DNA of 61,223 nucleotides, filler included. It is 7 parts of 7 records of this genome, joined end to end, with 100 filler letters (N's around TTAATTAATTAA, not from the genome) between each part and the next. Parts side by side here need not be neighbours in the genome. Positions count along the whole stretch, not along the records: positions 1 to 10,626 come from SRR31156797_52853; 6 more parts are not named here. The stretch is one strand, 5' to 3'. Under the pieces are notes generated by a model. That model saw only the letters and a program-made list of their open reading frames with translations. It was not told where the DNA came from and did no database searches. This document shows, piece by piece, positions 1-10,533 of the stretch (positions within the stretch are counted from its first letter, which is position 1; every line of letters begins with the position of its first letter). The position numbers and the translations under genes were made by a program.

Positions 1-135
1 GCTAACATATTGAAGCAACAAAGTTTTTGGGGTGTCACCCGCAATCGAACCAAGCCTTGTTTCCTGGAAGGGAAACCGCATCTTTGGCCGGGCGCCTGTT
101 TAACTGATCCCTTTCTATAGTCAGAGCAAGAAATT

Positions 136-1059
136 TTGTATAACGAATTTTTCAATTTTATCGAACAGCCTTTCAGTCTCACTCCGGATCCCCGATTTAT
201 ATACCTGAGCCCGGGGCACCGGGAAGCTCTTGACCACATGTTATATGGGATAGATGAGAGGAAAGGTTTTGTGCTCCTGTCCGGGGATATAGGGGCGGGA
301 AAGACGACTTTAACCCGGCTTCTTATGGACAGGCTTGAGGGACAGGCGCATACCGCCTTGATTTTTAATACTTTTTTAAATGAACTGGAGTTGCTCAGGG
401 CGGTAAATCGCGAATTCGGTCTGCCTGCGGACGGGGCCGGCCGGGAGGCCTTGATACAAACCCTGAACGAATTTCTCATATCAATTTTGAATCAGGGCTC
501 CAATGCGGTTTTGATACTGGATGAAGCTCAGAATCTTCCCGTTCCTGTTTTGGAGCAGATACGGATGCTTTCAAACCTGGAGACGGACAACAGAAAGCTG
601 ATACAGGTCATTCTTGTCGGGCAGCCCGAACTGTCCCGGACCCTTGACCGCCCGGATTTGGCTCAATTGAGCCAGAGAGTGACCGTACGCTGCCGCTTGT
701 CTCCCTTGGGGGTTGAGGATACAGTTCGTTACATACATCACCGTTTGACCGTGGCCGGCCCTCAAAACTCTGCCCTGTTCGACCCCCGTGTGACCAGGCT
801 GATTCATAAGTACACCAGCGGCGTCCCCCGCCGAATAAATGCTTTGTGCGACCGGGCCCTGCTGTCGGCATTTGGAAAAGGAAGCCGGCGCATAACATCT
901 TCAAATATTCGTCAGGCCAAGGCGGAGCTGGAAGGCAGGTTCGGCAATGAAGGATCCGGGCGGAACTGGCGTATTCTTGCTCCGGCGGCTTTATTGGGAC
1001 TTGGCCTGGCCCTGGCCGCTTTTTGGGGGTATAGAAGTTCCGGCGGACTGTGGCCATGA
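136..1059 (+). CDS. exeA: ExeA/GspA-family AAA ATPase (type II secretion accessory)
   Basis: PFSLTPDPRF N-terminus, Walker A GDIGAGKTT, Walker B LILDEAQNL, GVPRRIN motif, C-terminal TM segment; TTG start. Confidence 0.88.
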   Translation: MYNEFFNFIEQPFSLTPDPRFIYLSPGHREALDHMLYGIDERKGFVLLSGDIGAGKTTLTRLLMDRLEGQAHTALIFNTFLNELELLRAVNREFGLPADGAGREALIQTLNEFLISILNQGSNAVLILDEAQNLPVPVLEQIRMLSNLETDNRKLIQVILVGQPELSRTLDRPDLAQLSQRVTVRCRLSPLGVEDTVRYIHHRLTVAGPQNSALFDPRVTRLIHKYTSGVPRRINALCDRALLSAFGKGSRRITSSNIRQAKAELEGRFGNEGSGRNWRILAPAALLGLGLALAAFWGYRSSGGLWP

Positions 1060-2039
1060 GTTCCATTAACGAGGCCCTGCGTCGTTCCCGGCAGTCCGGA
1101 GCTTCCGGTTATAACGATCCCCCGGCCGATTATTCCCTTCAATCAACCAGGAATCCCGGAATTGGGGCTTCATTTTTGTGGGTTTCGGCGATAATTGTCG
1201 CGCTTGCGGCCGCGGCCCTGTGGTTTTTTATACCTCCGGCAAAGAATTCAGTTAAAAAAGGTGAGGAAGCAACAACGATTGTAAGTAGTCCGGCGCCGGC
1301 CGCGGATGTTCCTAATATCAAAAAACCTGTTATTATTCCCAAAAGCAAGCAAGAAAATCCCTTGGAAAACAAGGGTGTTTTAGGCGAGGATAATGTACAT
1401 GACCAAAAGGCGTCAATCGGTTCCGATTCCGTGGTAAGCGAACCGGAACCCGCGGGGCCCGAGGCGGCCTGGCCCAGAGCGGCTGTCTTTGAAGAGCCCG
1501 GGCAAGCCCGGCCGGAGGAGGCAGAGGAGTATTCAAATCCGGAAGAGTATTTCAGGGCTGCCGGCCAGGCGCGGGAGAACGGATTAATAAAGGATGCGAT
1601 CCGTTATTATAATAAGGCGGTGGACCTGGATCCCGAGATGATCGATGCGTATCTGAAACTGGGAAATATTTATTATTTTGAGGGTCAGGACGCGGAAAAA
1701 GCCCTGGAAATGTACCGTCGGGTATTAGAACTTGACGGAAAAAACAAATTGGCCCATAACAACATGGGGGTAATACTGCTGAATAAAGGACTTTTCAAGG
1801 ATGCGGAGCAGAGATTCGAGGCAGCGGTGGAACTGGATCCCGACTATGTGGACGCCTTGTATAACATGGCTTGCGTATCCGCGCGCCGGGGCAGAAAAAG
1901 TCTGGCGGTATCGTACTTGTTGAAAGCGGGGCGAATAAATCCTGAAGTTGCGGTTTGGGCCCTAAATGACAAGGATTTGGAGAGCATCCATAAATTGCCT
2001 GAGTTCAAAAGGTTTGCCGGACAGGGCGAGGCTCGGTAA
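1056..2039 (+). CDS. Membrane-anchored TPR protein in ExeB/GspB position
   Basis: ATG at 1056 overlaps the exeA stop (ATGA); MSSINEALRR start, one TM helix, Pro/Glu-rich linker, C-terminal TPRs (AHNNMG, ALYNMA). Confidence 0.75.
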   Translation: MSSINEALRRSRQSGASGYNDPPADYSLQSTRNPGIGASFLWVSAIIVALAAAALWFFIPPAKNSVKKGEEATTIVSSPAPAADVPNIKKPVIIPKSKQENPLENKGVLGEDNVHDQKASIGSDSVVSEPEPAGPEAAWPRAAVFEEPGQARPEEAEEYSNPEEYFRAAGQARENGLIKDAIRYYNKAVDLDPEMIDAYLKLGNIYYFEGQDAEKALEMYRRVLELDGKNKLAHNNMGVILLNKGLFKDAEQRFEAAVELDPDYVDALYNMACVSARRGRKSLAVSYLLKAGRINPEVAVWALNDKDLESIHKLPEFKRFAGQGEAR

Positions 2040-2044
2040 CAGGA

Positions 2045-4051
2045 ATGATATTGATGAGTAACAGATTATTCACCCTGTTTTTTTGTGTTTTATTTTTTTT
2101 CGGATCGGGCCTGCCTGTGTACGGGGCCAGGTTGACGAATGCCGATGACGCGGCCGGTACAGGGTCAAATCCCGGCGGGGCCGGAGTGACCATAGATTTC
2201 CGGGACGTCGATGTTCGTGTGATTGCCAAGTTTATCAGTGAGTTGACCGGAAAGAGTTTTGTTTTTGACAAGCAGGTCAGGGAAAAAATGACGATTTTTT
2301 CCGCGACCAGGGTTTCGCCTGACGAGGCGTATAGTCTTTTTGAATCGGCTTTGAAAATACACGGTCTGACCACGGTGCCTTCCAAGGGAGTTATCAAGAT
2401 TGTTCCGGGGCAGAAAGCCCGGACCATGGATGTTGAAATAAGGCGCCGCCTTCCGAAAGAAGATCGGGCCAGGGATGACCGCATAGTCACCCAGCTTGTT
2501 CGTTTGAAGCATGCAAGCGCAACGGAAATATCCACGCTTTTGAATCCCCTGGTCAACAAGCAGACGGGTTCGATAATTGCTTACCAGAGCGGAAACACCC
2601 TGGTTGTAACCGACTATGCCTCCAATATCGACCGGCTGCTTCGAATAATAAGTTCGGTGGATGTGGCGGATGAAGGAACCCAGTTGACCGTGATCCCTTT
2701 GGAACATGCATCGGCCAGGGATTTGTCTTCAGAGCTGGAACAGATTTTAAGGCAGACTCCCGGGACTCAGCCTAAGGGCAGGCAGACGCGAAGAGTGGAT
2801 TACAAGGTGGTGCCGGATGAAAGAACCAACCACCTTATTGTAATGGCCGGTCCGAGCGAGACCAGGATGATTCGTCAACTGGCCCGCAGGCTTGACATAC
2901 CTGCCCGTCGGGGCGCCGACAATGTTCACGTTATATTTTTAAAATATTCCGTGGCCGAGGATTTGGCTACTGTGTTGAAGGAGTTGACCGGCGGGGCCTC
3001 CGCGAGCGCGTCGTCGGCCAATAAAGGCGCCCCGGGCAGGCTGCCCCTGCAGGATAATATATTGATAAGCGCGGAAAAGACCACTAACGCATTGATTATA
3101 CGGGCGGACCGCCAGGATTTTCTGGTCTTGAAAGACATCATAGACAAGCTTGATATACACCGGTCCCAGGTATTGGTGGAAGGCATTATAATGGAAGTGT
3201 CGGTGGACCGGACCAATGCCCTGGGAGCGGAATGGCGGGCATTGGATACGGAATCCTCGGGCCAGCAGGTGATAGGCGGGACGAATCTGTCCGGCACAAG
3301 CGGCCAGGGCCTGATAAACCAGCTTGCTTCGCAGCCGTTTGCAGGTCCGGCCGGTCTGGTGCTGGGAGCAGCGGAAGGAACGATAACCTGGGGGGGAACG
3401 ACCTTTCTAAATATCGGTCTGTTGATCCAGGCCCTGGAGCAGGAATCGGATGTAAATATTCTTTCCACGCCTCATTTGCTGACCATGGACAACCAGGAGG
3501 CAAGAATAGTGGTCGGCGAGGAGCGGCCGTTTTTAAAGTCGTCGTTAAGCACGACAACCGGCGATATATCCGCCGCCGTAACCAACACCTACGAGTTCAA
3601 GGATCTTGGCCTGACCCTGAAAATAAAGCCTCACATAACCAAGGGCGAATTCATAACCCTAAAGATTTACCAGGAGCTTAAAAGCTTTGTCAGCGAGGCT
3701 GAAACCGGGGCTGTCACTTCGACCAAGAGGGAGGCTGAGACCACGGTTTTGGTCAAGAACAAGGAGACCGTGGTCATCGGCGGCTTGATAAGCGACATAC
3801 AGCGGGAAAACAAAAGCCAGGTCCCCTGCCTGGGGGACATACCTCTGTTGGGTTGGGCCTTTAAGCGGAGGGGGCAGGCTTCCGAAAAGCAGAACCTGCT
3901 TATCCTGATCAAACCGTCCATTGTCCGGACGGAGGATGAACTCAGGGGGCTGACTGATGAGAAACTCAGGGAGCATGAAAACATGGGTCCGCAGGCTCCG
4001 GGTGAAAAGAAAGAATTTCCGAATAAGGGAATCAATATATTAAAGGATTAA
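2045..4051 (+). CDS. gspD: Type II secretion secretin GspD
   Basis: Signal peptide, IDFRDVDV N0 domain, repeated N domains, QVLVEGIIMEV, NILSTP and VPCLGDIPLLGWAF secretin motifs. Confidence 0.93.
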   Translation: MILMSNRLFTLFFCVLFFFGSGLPVYGARLTNADDAAGTGSNPGGAGVTIDFRDVDVRVIAKFISELTGKSFVFDKQVREKMTIFSATRVSPDEAYSLFESALKIHGLTTVPSKGVIKIVPGQKARTMDVEIRRRLPKEDRARDDRIVTQLVRLKHASATEISTLLNPLVNKQTGSIIAYQSGNTLVVTDYASNIDRLLRIISSVDVADEGTQLTVIPLEHASARDLSSELEQILRQTPGTQPKGRQTRRVDYKVVPDERTNHLIVMAGPSETRMIRQLARRLDIPARRGADNVHVIFLKYSVAEDLATVLKELTGGASASASSANKGAPGRLPLQDNILISAEKTTNALIIRADRQDFLVLKDIIDKLDIHRSQVLVEGIIMEVSVDRTNALGAEWRALDTESSGQQVIGGTNLSGTSGQGLINQLASQPFAGPAGLVLGAAEGTITWGGTTFLNIGLLIQALEQESDVNILSTPHLLTMDNQEARIVVGEERPFLKSSLSTTTGDISAAVTNTYEFKDLGLTLKIKPHITKGEFITLKIYQELKSFVSEAETGAVTSTKREAETTVLVKNKETVVIGGLISDIQRENKSQVPCLGDIPLLGWAFKRRGQASEKQNLLILIKPSIVRTEDELRGLTDEKLREHENMGPQAPGEKKEFPNKGINILKD

Positions 4052-4115
4052 AAATACCCCGATACAAATCAGGGGGCGTCGGGCGGACAATGTCGATCGG
4101 AATGCGCAACAAGCA

Positions 4116-4135
4116 CCGGGGAATTAAATCCCCGG
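4116..4135. repeat. Short GC-rich palindrome (REP-like) between gspD and gspE
   Basis: CCGGGGA-ATTAAA-TCCCCGG, perfect 7-bp stem. Confidence 0.45.
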
Positions 4136-4146
4136 CAGGGGGCTGA

Positions 4147-5760
4147 ATGGAAGCGGACAGGTACATCACGACCCGGCGTTTGGCGGCCCGTGTCATGGAA
4201 GGCGACGGGGAAGCGGTCCGCGAGCTTTGTTCCCATTTAGGCATTGCTTGGTATGACAAGCTTTTTGCTCCCAAATTGCCCCCGGAAATATTGAACAAGC
4301 TGGATGTGGGCTGGGCAAGAAAAAACAGGGCCATCCCGATTCTGGTGGAGGATGATGTTGTAACCGTGGCCGTGCCCAATCCGCTGGCTGCGTCGTCCTC
4401 GGATGAAATAGCGTTTGCCTTGGGCCGGAGGGTGGAAACGGTATGCGCTCCGGTGGACGAAATTCTAAGAACGTTGAATCTTTTATTTACTGAAAGTCTG
4501 AGCGCTACGGACGATCTTTTAAAGGAGATGGCGGAAGACCAGTCAGAGGGCTTTGGATCTGATTTTGATACAGAGACCGACCTGATTGATTCGAGTGAGG
4601 CTGCGCCGGTTATACGGCTGGTCAATCGGATTTTGTACCAGGCGGCCAACGAAGGCGTGAGCGATGTTCATATCGAGCCTGCCGAGGGCGAAGTAAAGGT
4701 TCGTTACCGGATAGATGGAGTTCTTTACGACAGGATTAGTCCGCCGAAAAACTATCTGCCTTTTTTATCTTCGAGAATTAAGGTCATGTCCGGCCTGGAC
4801 ATAGCGGAAAGGCGTCTTCCCCAGGATGGCAGGTTCAAGTTTACCGTGGCAGAAAAAAACATCGACGTCAGGGTGTCGGTTATTCCCACGGCCGGCGGCG
4901 AGCGATTGGTGCTGCGGCTGCTTGACAAGACAACAGCTCTTTTCGGCTTGGAAGACCTGGGCATGGATCAAGAGAACCTGGAAATTTTTCAACGGCTGAT
5001 AGCCAGTCCTCACGGCATTATTCTTGCCACGGGCCCGACAGGGAGCGGTAAGACGACGTCCTTGTATGCGGCCCTTACACAGCTGGATAACCGGGAGCTT
5101 AATATAATCACTATTGAAGACCCAGTTGAATATCAATTGCCGGGGGTCGGGCAGATACAGGTGAACACCAAGGCGGGGCTTACATTCGCGGGCGGGTTAA
5201 GATCCGTTTTGCGGCACGACCCGGACGTGATCATGATCGGTGAGATAAGGGATCTGGAAACCGCGGAAATTGCCATACAGTCTTCATTGACGGGGCACCT
5301 TGTTTTTTCGACGCTGCACACAAACGATGCTCCGTCAGCGGTTACGAGGCTGGTGGACATGGGAGTGGAGCCCTATCTTGTTTCATCATCGGTCATCGGC
5401 GTGATCGCCCAACGTCTTATTCGCGTCTTGTGTCCGCATTGTAAACAGCCCGACAAACCGTCGCCCGAAGCTCTTGAACGGGCGGGGCTGCGTCCCGACG
5501 TGCTGGACGGGGCGGAAGTTTTCAGGCCCCGGGGCTGCGAACACTGTTTTAATACCGGTTACAGGGGCCGGACGGGCATATATGAACTGATGCCCGCTTC
5601 CGATGAACTGCACCAGGCCCTGAGCAGAACGAGCGAGGCCGGAGAATTGCGCCGGGCCGCGATAAAAGCGGGCTTGAAGACGCTGATGGACAGCGGGCTC
5701 TTAAAAGTCCGTCGGGGCCAAACTTCCCTGGAGGAAGTTTTACGGGTCACTTTGACCTAA
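4147..5760 (+). CDS. gspE: Type II secretion ATPase GspE
   Basis: SDVHIEP, ERRLPQDG, Walker A GPTGSGKTT, TIEDPVEY, GEIRD, TLHTNDA, tetracysteine CPHC...CEHC. Confidence 0.95.
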   Translation: MEADRYITTRRLAARVMEGDGEAVRELCSHLGIAWYDKLFAPKLPPEILNKLDVGWARKNRAIPILVEDDVVTVAVPNPLAASSSDEIAFALGRRVETVCAPVDEILRTLNLLFTESLSATDDLLKEMAEDQSEGFGSDFDTETDLIDSSEAAPVIRLVNRILYQAANEGVSDVHIEPAEGEVKVRYRIDGVLYDRISPPKNYLPFLSSRIKVMSGLDIAERRLPQDGRFKFTVAEKNIDVRVSVIPTAGGERLVLRLLDKTTALFGLEDLGMDQENLEIFQRLIASPHGIILATGPTGSGKTTSLYAALTQLDNRELNIITIEDPVEYQLPGVGQIQVNTKAGLTFAGGLRSVLRHDPDVIMIGEIRDLETAEIAIQSSLTGHLVFSTLHTNDAPSAVTRLVDMGVEPYLVSSSVIGVIAQRLIRVLCPHCKQPDKPSPEALERAGLRPDVLDGAEVFRPRGCEHCFNTGYRGRTGIYELMPASDELHQALSRTSEAGELRRAAIKAGLKTLMDSGLLKVRRGQTSLEEVLRVTLT

Positions 5761-5770
5761 GAAATGTGAC

Positions 5771-6997
5771 ATGCCAGTATTTTCCTACCGTGCACTCAAC
5801 GCCGCCGGAAAAAACGTCCGCGGAATTCTGGATGCGGACACGGCCGTCCTGGCCAGGCAGAAGCTGAGATCGGAAGGACTGCATCCGGTAGAGGTCAAGA
5901 TTACCGGGGAGGGGGCTGAAGCGTCCCGGCGGACGTCTTCCATAAGGAAAGTTTTTGCATTTAAAAAAAGCGGGCGTGTATTTACGGTTGACATGACCCG
6001 CCAGGCAGCCACGCTGTTGAATGCCGGCGTGCCCCTGGAGGCTTCACTGGCGGCCATACAGGAGCAGATGGAGGACACTGAATTCGGCCGGCGGCTGGCG
6101 CTGATACGCGAGGAGGTAGTCAGGGGCGAAACCCTGGCCAATGCCTTAAACAGCCAGCGGGACCTGTTTTCAACCGAGTATATTCATCTGGTAAAAGCCG
6201 GGGAAATGGCCGGGGCTTTGGACAGAGTGCTTTCCCGCCTGGCCGATGACCTGGAAAGGCAGGCCGAGAGAAGAGCCCGTGTTACCTCGGCCCTGGCTTA
6301 CCCGGCGTTCATGACCCTTGTGGGCGGGGGCGTGCTTGTTTTCTTAATGACTTTTATCGTGCCCATGCTTACGGGATTGTTTGACAGTTTGGACGCGGCC
6401 CTGCCCTGGCCGACCAGGCTGCTGTTATTTATAAGCGGGTTGTTAAAGGATTATTGGTGGCTGATTTTACCGGCTGCGGCAGTTCTGTTGTACCTGGCCG
6501 CGGGATTGTTAAAAAGAGACAGGTATTACCGTCGGCTAGAGAGATTTGTTTTTCGGCTCCCGGTAATTGGAGATCTTTTCCGGAAGCTGGTCCTGGCGAG
6601 AATATTCCGGAGTCTGTCAGTCATGACCAACGGCGGCGTCGCCCTTTCCACGGCATTAAAGGTAACCGCGGAAGGATTGGTAAGGTCAAATTACGGGCAG
6701 GCCCTGGTCGAAGCTGAAAAGATGGTCGGGGAAGGACGTTCCCTGGCGGACGGACTTAAGGGCAGGTTGTTTCCACCGGTGGCTCGGCGAATGATCCACG
6801 TGGGGGAGACAAGCGGGACCCTGGCGCAGATGCTGGAAAAAACAGCGGAAGCGTATGAGCGGGAAACGGACAGGGCGCTTTCGACCCTTACTTCCCTGGT
6901 GGAGCCAGTGATTGTTTTGCTTATGGGCATGCTGGTTGGATTTGTTGTTTTGGCCGTGTTGTTGCCTATTTTTGATTTGAGCGGACTGGTTCGTTAG
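5771..6997 (+). CDS. gspF: Type II secretion inner-membrane platform protein GspF
   Basis: MPVFSYRA start, AGEMAGALD, ALAYP, GETSGTL, LVEP motifs; three TM segments. Confidence 0.93.
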   Translation: MPVFSYRALNAAGKNVRGILDADTAVLARQKLRSEGLHPVEVKITGEGAEASRRTSSIRKVFAFKKSGRVFTVDMTRQAATLLNAGVPLEASLAAIQEQMEDTEFGRRLALIREEVVRGETLANALNSQRDLFSTEYIHLVKAGEMAGALDRVLSRLADDLERQAERRARVTSALAYPAFMTLVGGGVLVFLMTFIVPMLTGLFDSLDAALPWPTRLLLFISGLLKDYWWLILPAAAVLLYLAAGLLKRDRYYRRLERFVFRLPVIGDLFRKLVLARIFRSLSVMTNGGVALSTALKVTAEGLVRSNYGQALVEAEKMVGEGRSLADGLKGRLFPPVARRMIHVGETSGTLAQMLEKTAEAYERETDRALSTLTSLVEPVIVLLMGMLVGFVVLAVLLPIFDLSGLVR

Positions 6998-7029
6998 CAT
7001 TCGGCGTCCTAATTTTTGGAGGTGTTAAA

Positions 7030-7500
7030 ATGATGAAAGATAATTGTGGAATCCAGCCGGGGCGGGTTGGATTCACTTTAATAGAAATATTGGTGGTGGT
7101 GATAATTCTGGGAGTGCTGGCCGGACTGGTAGTGCCGCGTATAGTGGGCAAACCGGGGGAAGCCAGGCAGGCCAAGGCTTTAATGCAGATTGAAAGCCTT
7201 GAGACCGCACTCAAGCTTTTTAAGCTGGAAAACGGTTTTTACCCTTCCACGGAGCAGGGGTTGGATGCTTTGGTGACAAAGCCGACCACGGGCCGCATAC
7301 CAAAAAACTGGCGCTCGGGCGGTTACCTGGATAAGGGGCGGGTGCCCAAGGATCCATGGGGTAATGAATTTATTTATCTTAGTCCGGGAGCGCGCAATCA
7401 CGATTTCGACCTTATGTCCACGGGCGGAGACGGTGAGATCGGCGGTGAAGAAGAGGATGCGGATATAACGAATTGGAGCGATCCCAAGACCGGGTCGTAA
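7030..7500 (+). CDS. gspG: Major pseudopilin GspG
   Basis: Prepilin cleavage site G/FTLIE, YPSTEQGLDALV, PKDPWG; SD GGAGG upstream. Confidence 0.95.
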   Translation: MMKDNCGIQPGRVGFTLIEILVVVIILGVLAGLVVPRIVGKPGEARQAKALMQIESLETALKLFKLENGFYPSTEQGLDALVTKPTTGRIPKNWRSGGYLDKGRVPKDPWGNEFIYLSPGARNHDFDLMSTGGDGEIGGEEEDADITNWSDPKTGS

Positions 7501-7602
7501 GGTTTAGTGCGTTCAGCAAAAGCATTTATTAAGAGCTTTGCAGGTACAGGAAATATTTCGTGTGCATCAAAAAGCTGAAATGATAATTATATACCGTAAT
7601 AT

Positions 7603-10506
7603 ATGGGCGCCCACGGGGGGGCGCCCCTACAATCCGTATACAGATTGCTCCTGGTTTTCGACCCAAATGGCATAAACAGAAAGTCACGCCATTTAGACCG
7701 AACTTCTGGCAAGCAATATAATCGAGGCAATTCCGCCCGAGTTGTAAAATCCGCGGCCATACTCCTGTCCGCCGGCTTGTTCATTCTTTTGTCTTCTTTT
7801 CAGATTTTTGCTTCCTGGAACGAAATTTCCGGTTCAAAAACTCCCGCCGCAAAAGGCGACGGAAGAGATTGGACGGTAATGGTCTATCTTGACGGCGACA
7901 ACGACCTTGAACATTACGCTCTTAAAGATATTGACGAAATGGAACGGGCCTTGCCCGCAAAAGGGGTTGAAGTAATTGTACTGATAGACAGGGCCCATGG
8001 TTATTCCGATGCCGAGGGGAACTGGACGGACGCCCGAATATACAGGATTCGCCGGGATGGAGTGGATGGGATAAAATCAGAGGTTTTGGCTAAGCCGGGC
8101 GAATTGAACATGGGCGATCCCAATGTGCTCAAAAAGTTTATCGCCGCAACCATTAAAGCTTATCCCGCCCGAAGATACGCCCTGGTAATGTGGAACCATG
8201 GCGGCGGATGGATTGCCCATGCCGTGGATCAAATGGCGCCCGGGACGCCCAGGGAATTTGACAAGCTTAACCTTCCCGAGCTTAGAGAGGCCGTTGACGG
8301 CGCCCTGAAAAAAGCAGGAGTGAAAAAGCTTGACCTGGTCGCATTTGACATGTGCCTGATGGCCCAGATGGAGACGGCCTATGAATTGGAAGGGCTGGCT
8401 GACGTCATGGTTGCATCCGAAGCCAGCGCGCCCGGCGACGGTTGGCCTTATGATTCAGTTATATCGCTTTTCGGCGATCCGAAGCGATCGACAAAGGAAA
8501 CTGCCAGGGGAATTGTCGCAGCCTTTAATGACTATTATCAGGCCAGGGGCAACCCCATTGCCACTCATTCAGCCTTTGACCTTTCCATGGTCGGAAGCTT
8601 GGCGACTTCTCTTGATGCATTATTAATCAAGCTCAATAAGACCATGGCCGCATCATGGCCTTCCCTGACCAGGTCCCTGTTTTTTTCCGTAAGCTACAGC
8701 GATATTGAAGATGTAAAAAAGGGCCGGCGGGCCGTTCTCAGCGTTGACCTTGGCGATATTTTCAAAAACCTGGCCGGCGTGGCCCCAAACCTGGCGGCAG
8801 CTCCGGAATATAGAAAATTTGACAAGGCTCTCAACGATTTCGTTATTGAGAGCAGGACCAGCCAACGCTATAGAAATAGCCAGGGGGTTTCCATATATGC
8901 CCCATTTCGTAAGGACCTGCTGAACAACTCTTACCAAAAAACCAGGTTTGCCAAAGATACAAAATGGCTGGAGACGCTTAATAATCTGTATAGAGTGCAG
9001 GACAGGAACCCATCCCGCCCCAGGATTAAAAAAGTTGAAACAATCAGCCTTTACAGGGACATGAAGGTGTCCGAGGTTCTTCAATTGGGCCAGGACGGCT
9101 TTTCTTTCGTCTTTGACGGGACGAATATTCTCTGGGCCAAGGCTTTTATCGGACAGAGGGACAAGGCCGGACGCCGGACATTGATCTATCAAAAGTCCTT
9201 TCTGGGGGGCAAGGAGGACATAGGAAAAATAAAGGCGAAAAAGGCAACGCGAGAGGAATTGCTCAAGGATTTGACTTACCCTGAAGGGGAAAACGAAGTC
9301 CGTTTTCGTTACGATGCAACCAGAAACCTGGTCACGAACGGCGAAAAGACATTTCCGGTCACCGTGGACGTTTCGGATATAGGAGACCTGGACGCGCATT
9401 TAAGAGTTGTACCGGCATTGTATGAACATCCGGAGATAGGAAAAATGTCGGCCAGCATTTATTTCAACTGGCTTTCCAGGGCCGCGGCTGTTGTGGTTCA
9501 TGTTCCCCAGAAAGATGGAACGACCGTGCCCACTCAAATAGAACCGGCCCCGGACGCCGACATTCACTTGTTGCTTCAGTCCGTACCCGACAAAGGCGAG
9601 CCTGAATACGTAATTTCAGGCATGTTGAAATGGAAAGACGGATTATCCATGACCATGGACCTCGTGCCGGAAGGCGAGTGCGAAGTAATGATTTTACTTG
9701 AATCGTTGACCGGACATTCAGCCATGGCCAGACATCTTTTCCGCGTGGCCCGCCGAGACGACGGTCTGGATGCGGCAGTCAGGCAGGCGCCCAAAAGCGA
9801 CTACACGCCGGAAAATTTTATTGGAGAATGGGAAATAATAGATGCGGAAGTATGGTTTAAGCAGAAGCAGATGGTATCCATGGGAGCTTTCAAGAAATAC
9901 GAACCTCATCCCAAGAACCCCGGATTGCTGAAATACAGCCTTTATAAACCTAAAGGGAACAACATTCTTCCCGGACTGGACATTGTGGAAATAATACAGG
10001 ACGAGGGCATCCCTCACCTAAGGCAATATGTCCTGGACGGCCGGGGCGCGCCCAGCGAGGAATACGGCGTCAGGCTGAGTCTGCCGATTTTTGACGTTTC
10101 CCAGGGCCGGTATCTTCTGTTGTCCATGGACCTGGTAACGGGCGATATGGGAGTCGCCGTAAAAATAAGCGGCCCGCCGCCAAAGCTTGCGACTCCGGCC
10201 GCCCAACCGCCGGCGGCCGCCGCGCCGCCGCCCTCGAGCCCTTCCGGAAGCGCTGCTTCGCCGGTTATCGGGGCCTGGATGGCGACCGGCGGACAGGCCG
10301 TGGTTTTTTCAGCAACCGAATGGGTTTACTATGAGAACGGAGGAGTCCTGGTCGATCAGGGAGTATACGGCATACAAGGGAATATCCTTACAACCCGGAG
10401 TTCGCGCAGCGGGCAGGAAGTTCCTTACATGTTTCAAATATCCGGGAATCAATTACTGTTGAAAAATCCGGCCGGAGAATTGTATCAATTCTACAGGGCG
10501 AGATAA
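7603..10506 (+). CDS. Secreted clostripain-related cysteine peptidase (family C11) with long C-terminal extension; true start uncertain, likely downstream of 7603
   Basis: WTVMVYLDGDNDLE, ELNMGDP, catalytic His in WNHGGGW and Cys in FDMCLM; hydrophobic signal-like segment; Pro/Ala linker before the last domain. Confidence 0.85.
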   Translation: MGAHGGAPLQSVYRLLLVFDPNGINRKSRHLDRTSGKQYNRGNSARVVKSAAILLSAGLFILLSSFQIFASWNEISGSKTPAAKGDGRDWTVMVYLDGDNDLEHYALKDIDEMERALPAKGVEVIVLIDRAHGYSDAEGNWTDARIYRIRRDGVDGIKSEVLAKPGELNMGDPNVLKKFIAATIKAYPARRYALVMWNHGGGWIAHAVDQMAPGTPREFDKLNLPELREAVDGALKKAGVKKLDLVAFDMCLMAQMETAYELEGLADVMVASEASAPGDGWPYDSVISLFGDPKRSTKETARGIVAAFNDYYQARGNPIATHSAFDLSMVGSLATSLDALLIKLNKTMAASWPSLTRSLFFSVSYSDIEDVKKGRRAVLSVDLGDIFKNLAGVAPNLAAAPEYRKFDKALNDFVIESRTSQRYRNSQGVSIYAPFRKDLLNNSYQKTRFAKDTKWLETLNNLYRVQDRNPSRPRIKKVETISLYRDMKVSEVLQLGQDGFSFVFDGTNILWAKAFIGQRDKAGRRTLIYQKSFLGGKEDIGKIKAKKATREELLKDLTYPEGENEVRFRYDATRNLVTNGEKTFPVTVDVSDIGDLDAHLRVVPALYEHPEIGKMSASIYFNWLSRAAAVVVHVPQKDGTTVPTQIEPAPDADIHLLLQSVPDKGEPEYVISGMLKWKDGLSMTMDLVPEGECEVMILLESLTGHSAMARHLFRVARRDDGLDAAVRQAPKSDYTPENFIGEWEIIDAEVWFKQKQMVSMGAFKKYEPHPKNPGLLKYSLYKPKGNNILPGLDIVEIIQDEGIPHLRQYVLDGRGAPSEEYGVRLSLPIFDVSQGRYLLLSMDLVTGDMGVAVKISGPPPKLATPAAQPPAAAAPPPSSPSGSAASPVIGAWMATGGQAVVFSATEWVYYENGGVLVDQGVYGIQGNILTTRSSRSGQEVPYMFQISGNQLLLKNPAGELYQFYRAR
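7605..7630 (-). repeat. GTAG-type REP-like element
   Basis: Minus strand reads GTAG-GGGCGCCC-CCCCGT-GGGCGCCC: GTAG tetranucleotide followed by a GC-rich hairpin. Confidence 0.6.
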
Positions 10507-10533
10507 GCTTTGTCCGTCTTTTGGCGGGCGCCG

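Noticed and set aside
4090..4146. 18-codon ORF in frame with gspE, ending in TGA just before its ATG (read-through or Sec)
   Set aside because: Overlaps a REP-like palindrome, no SECIS-like support, and GspE is not a known selenoprotein
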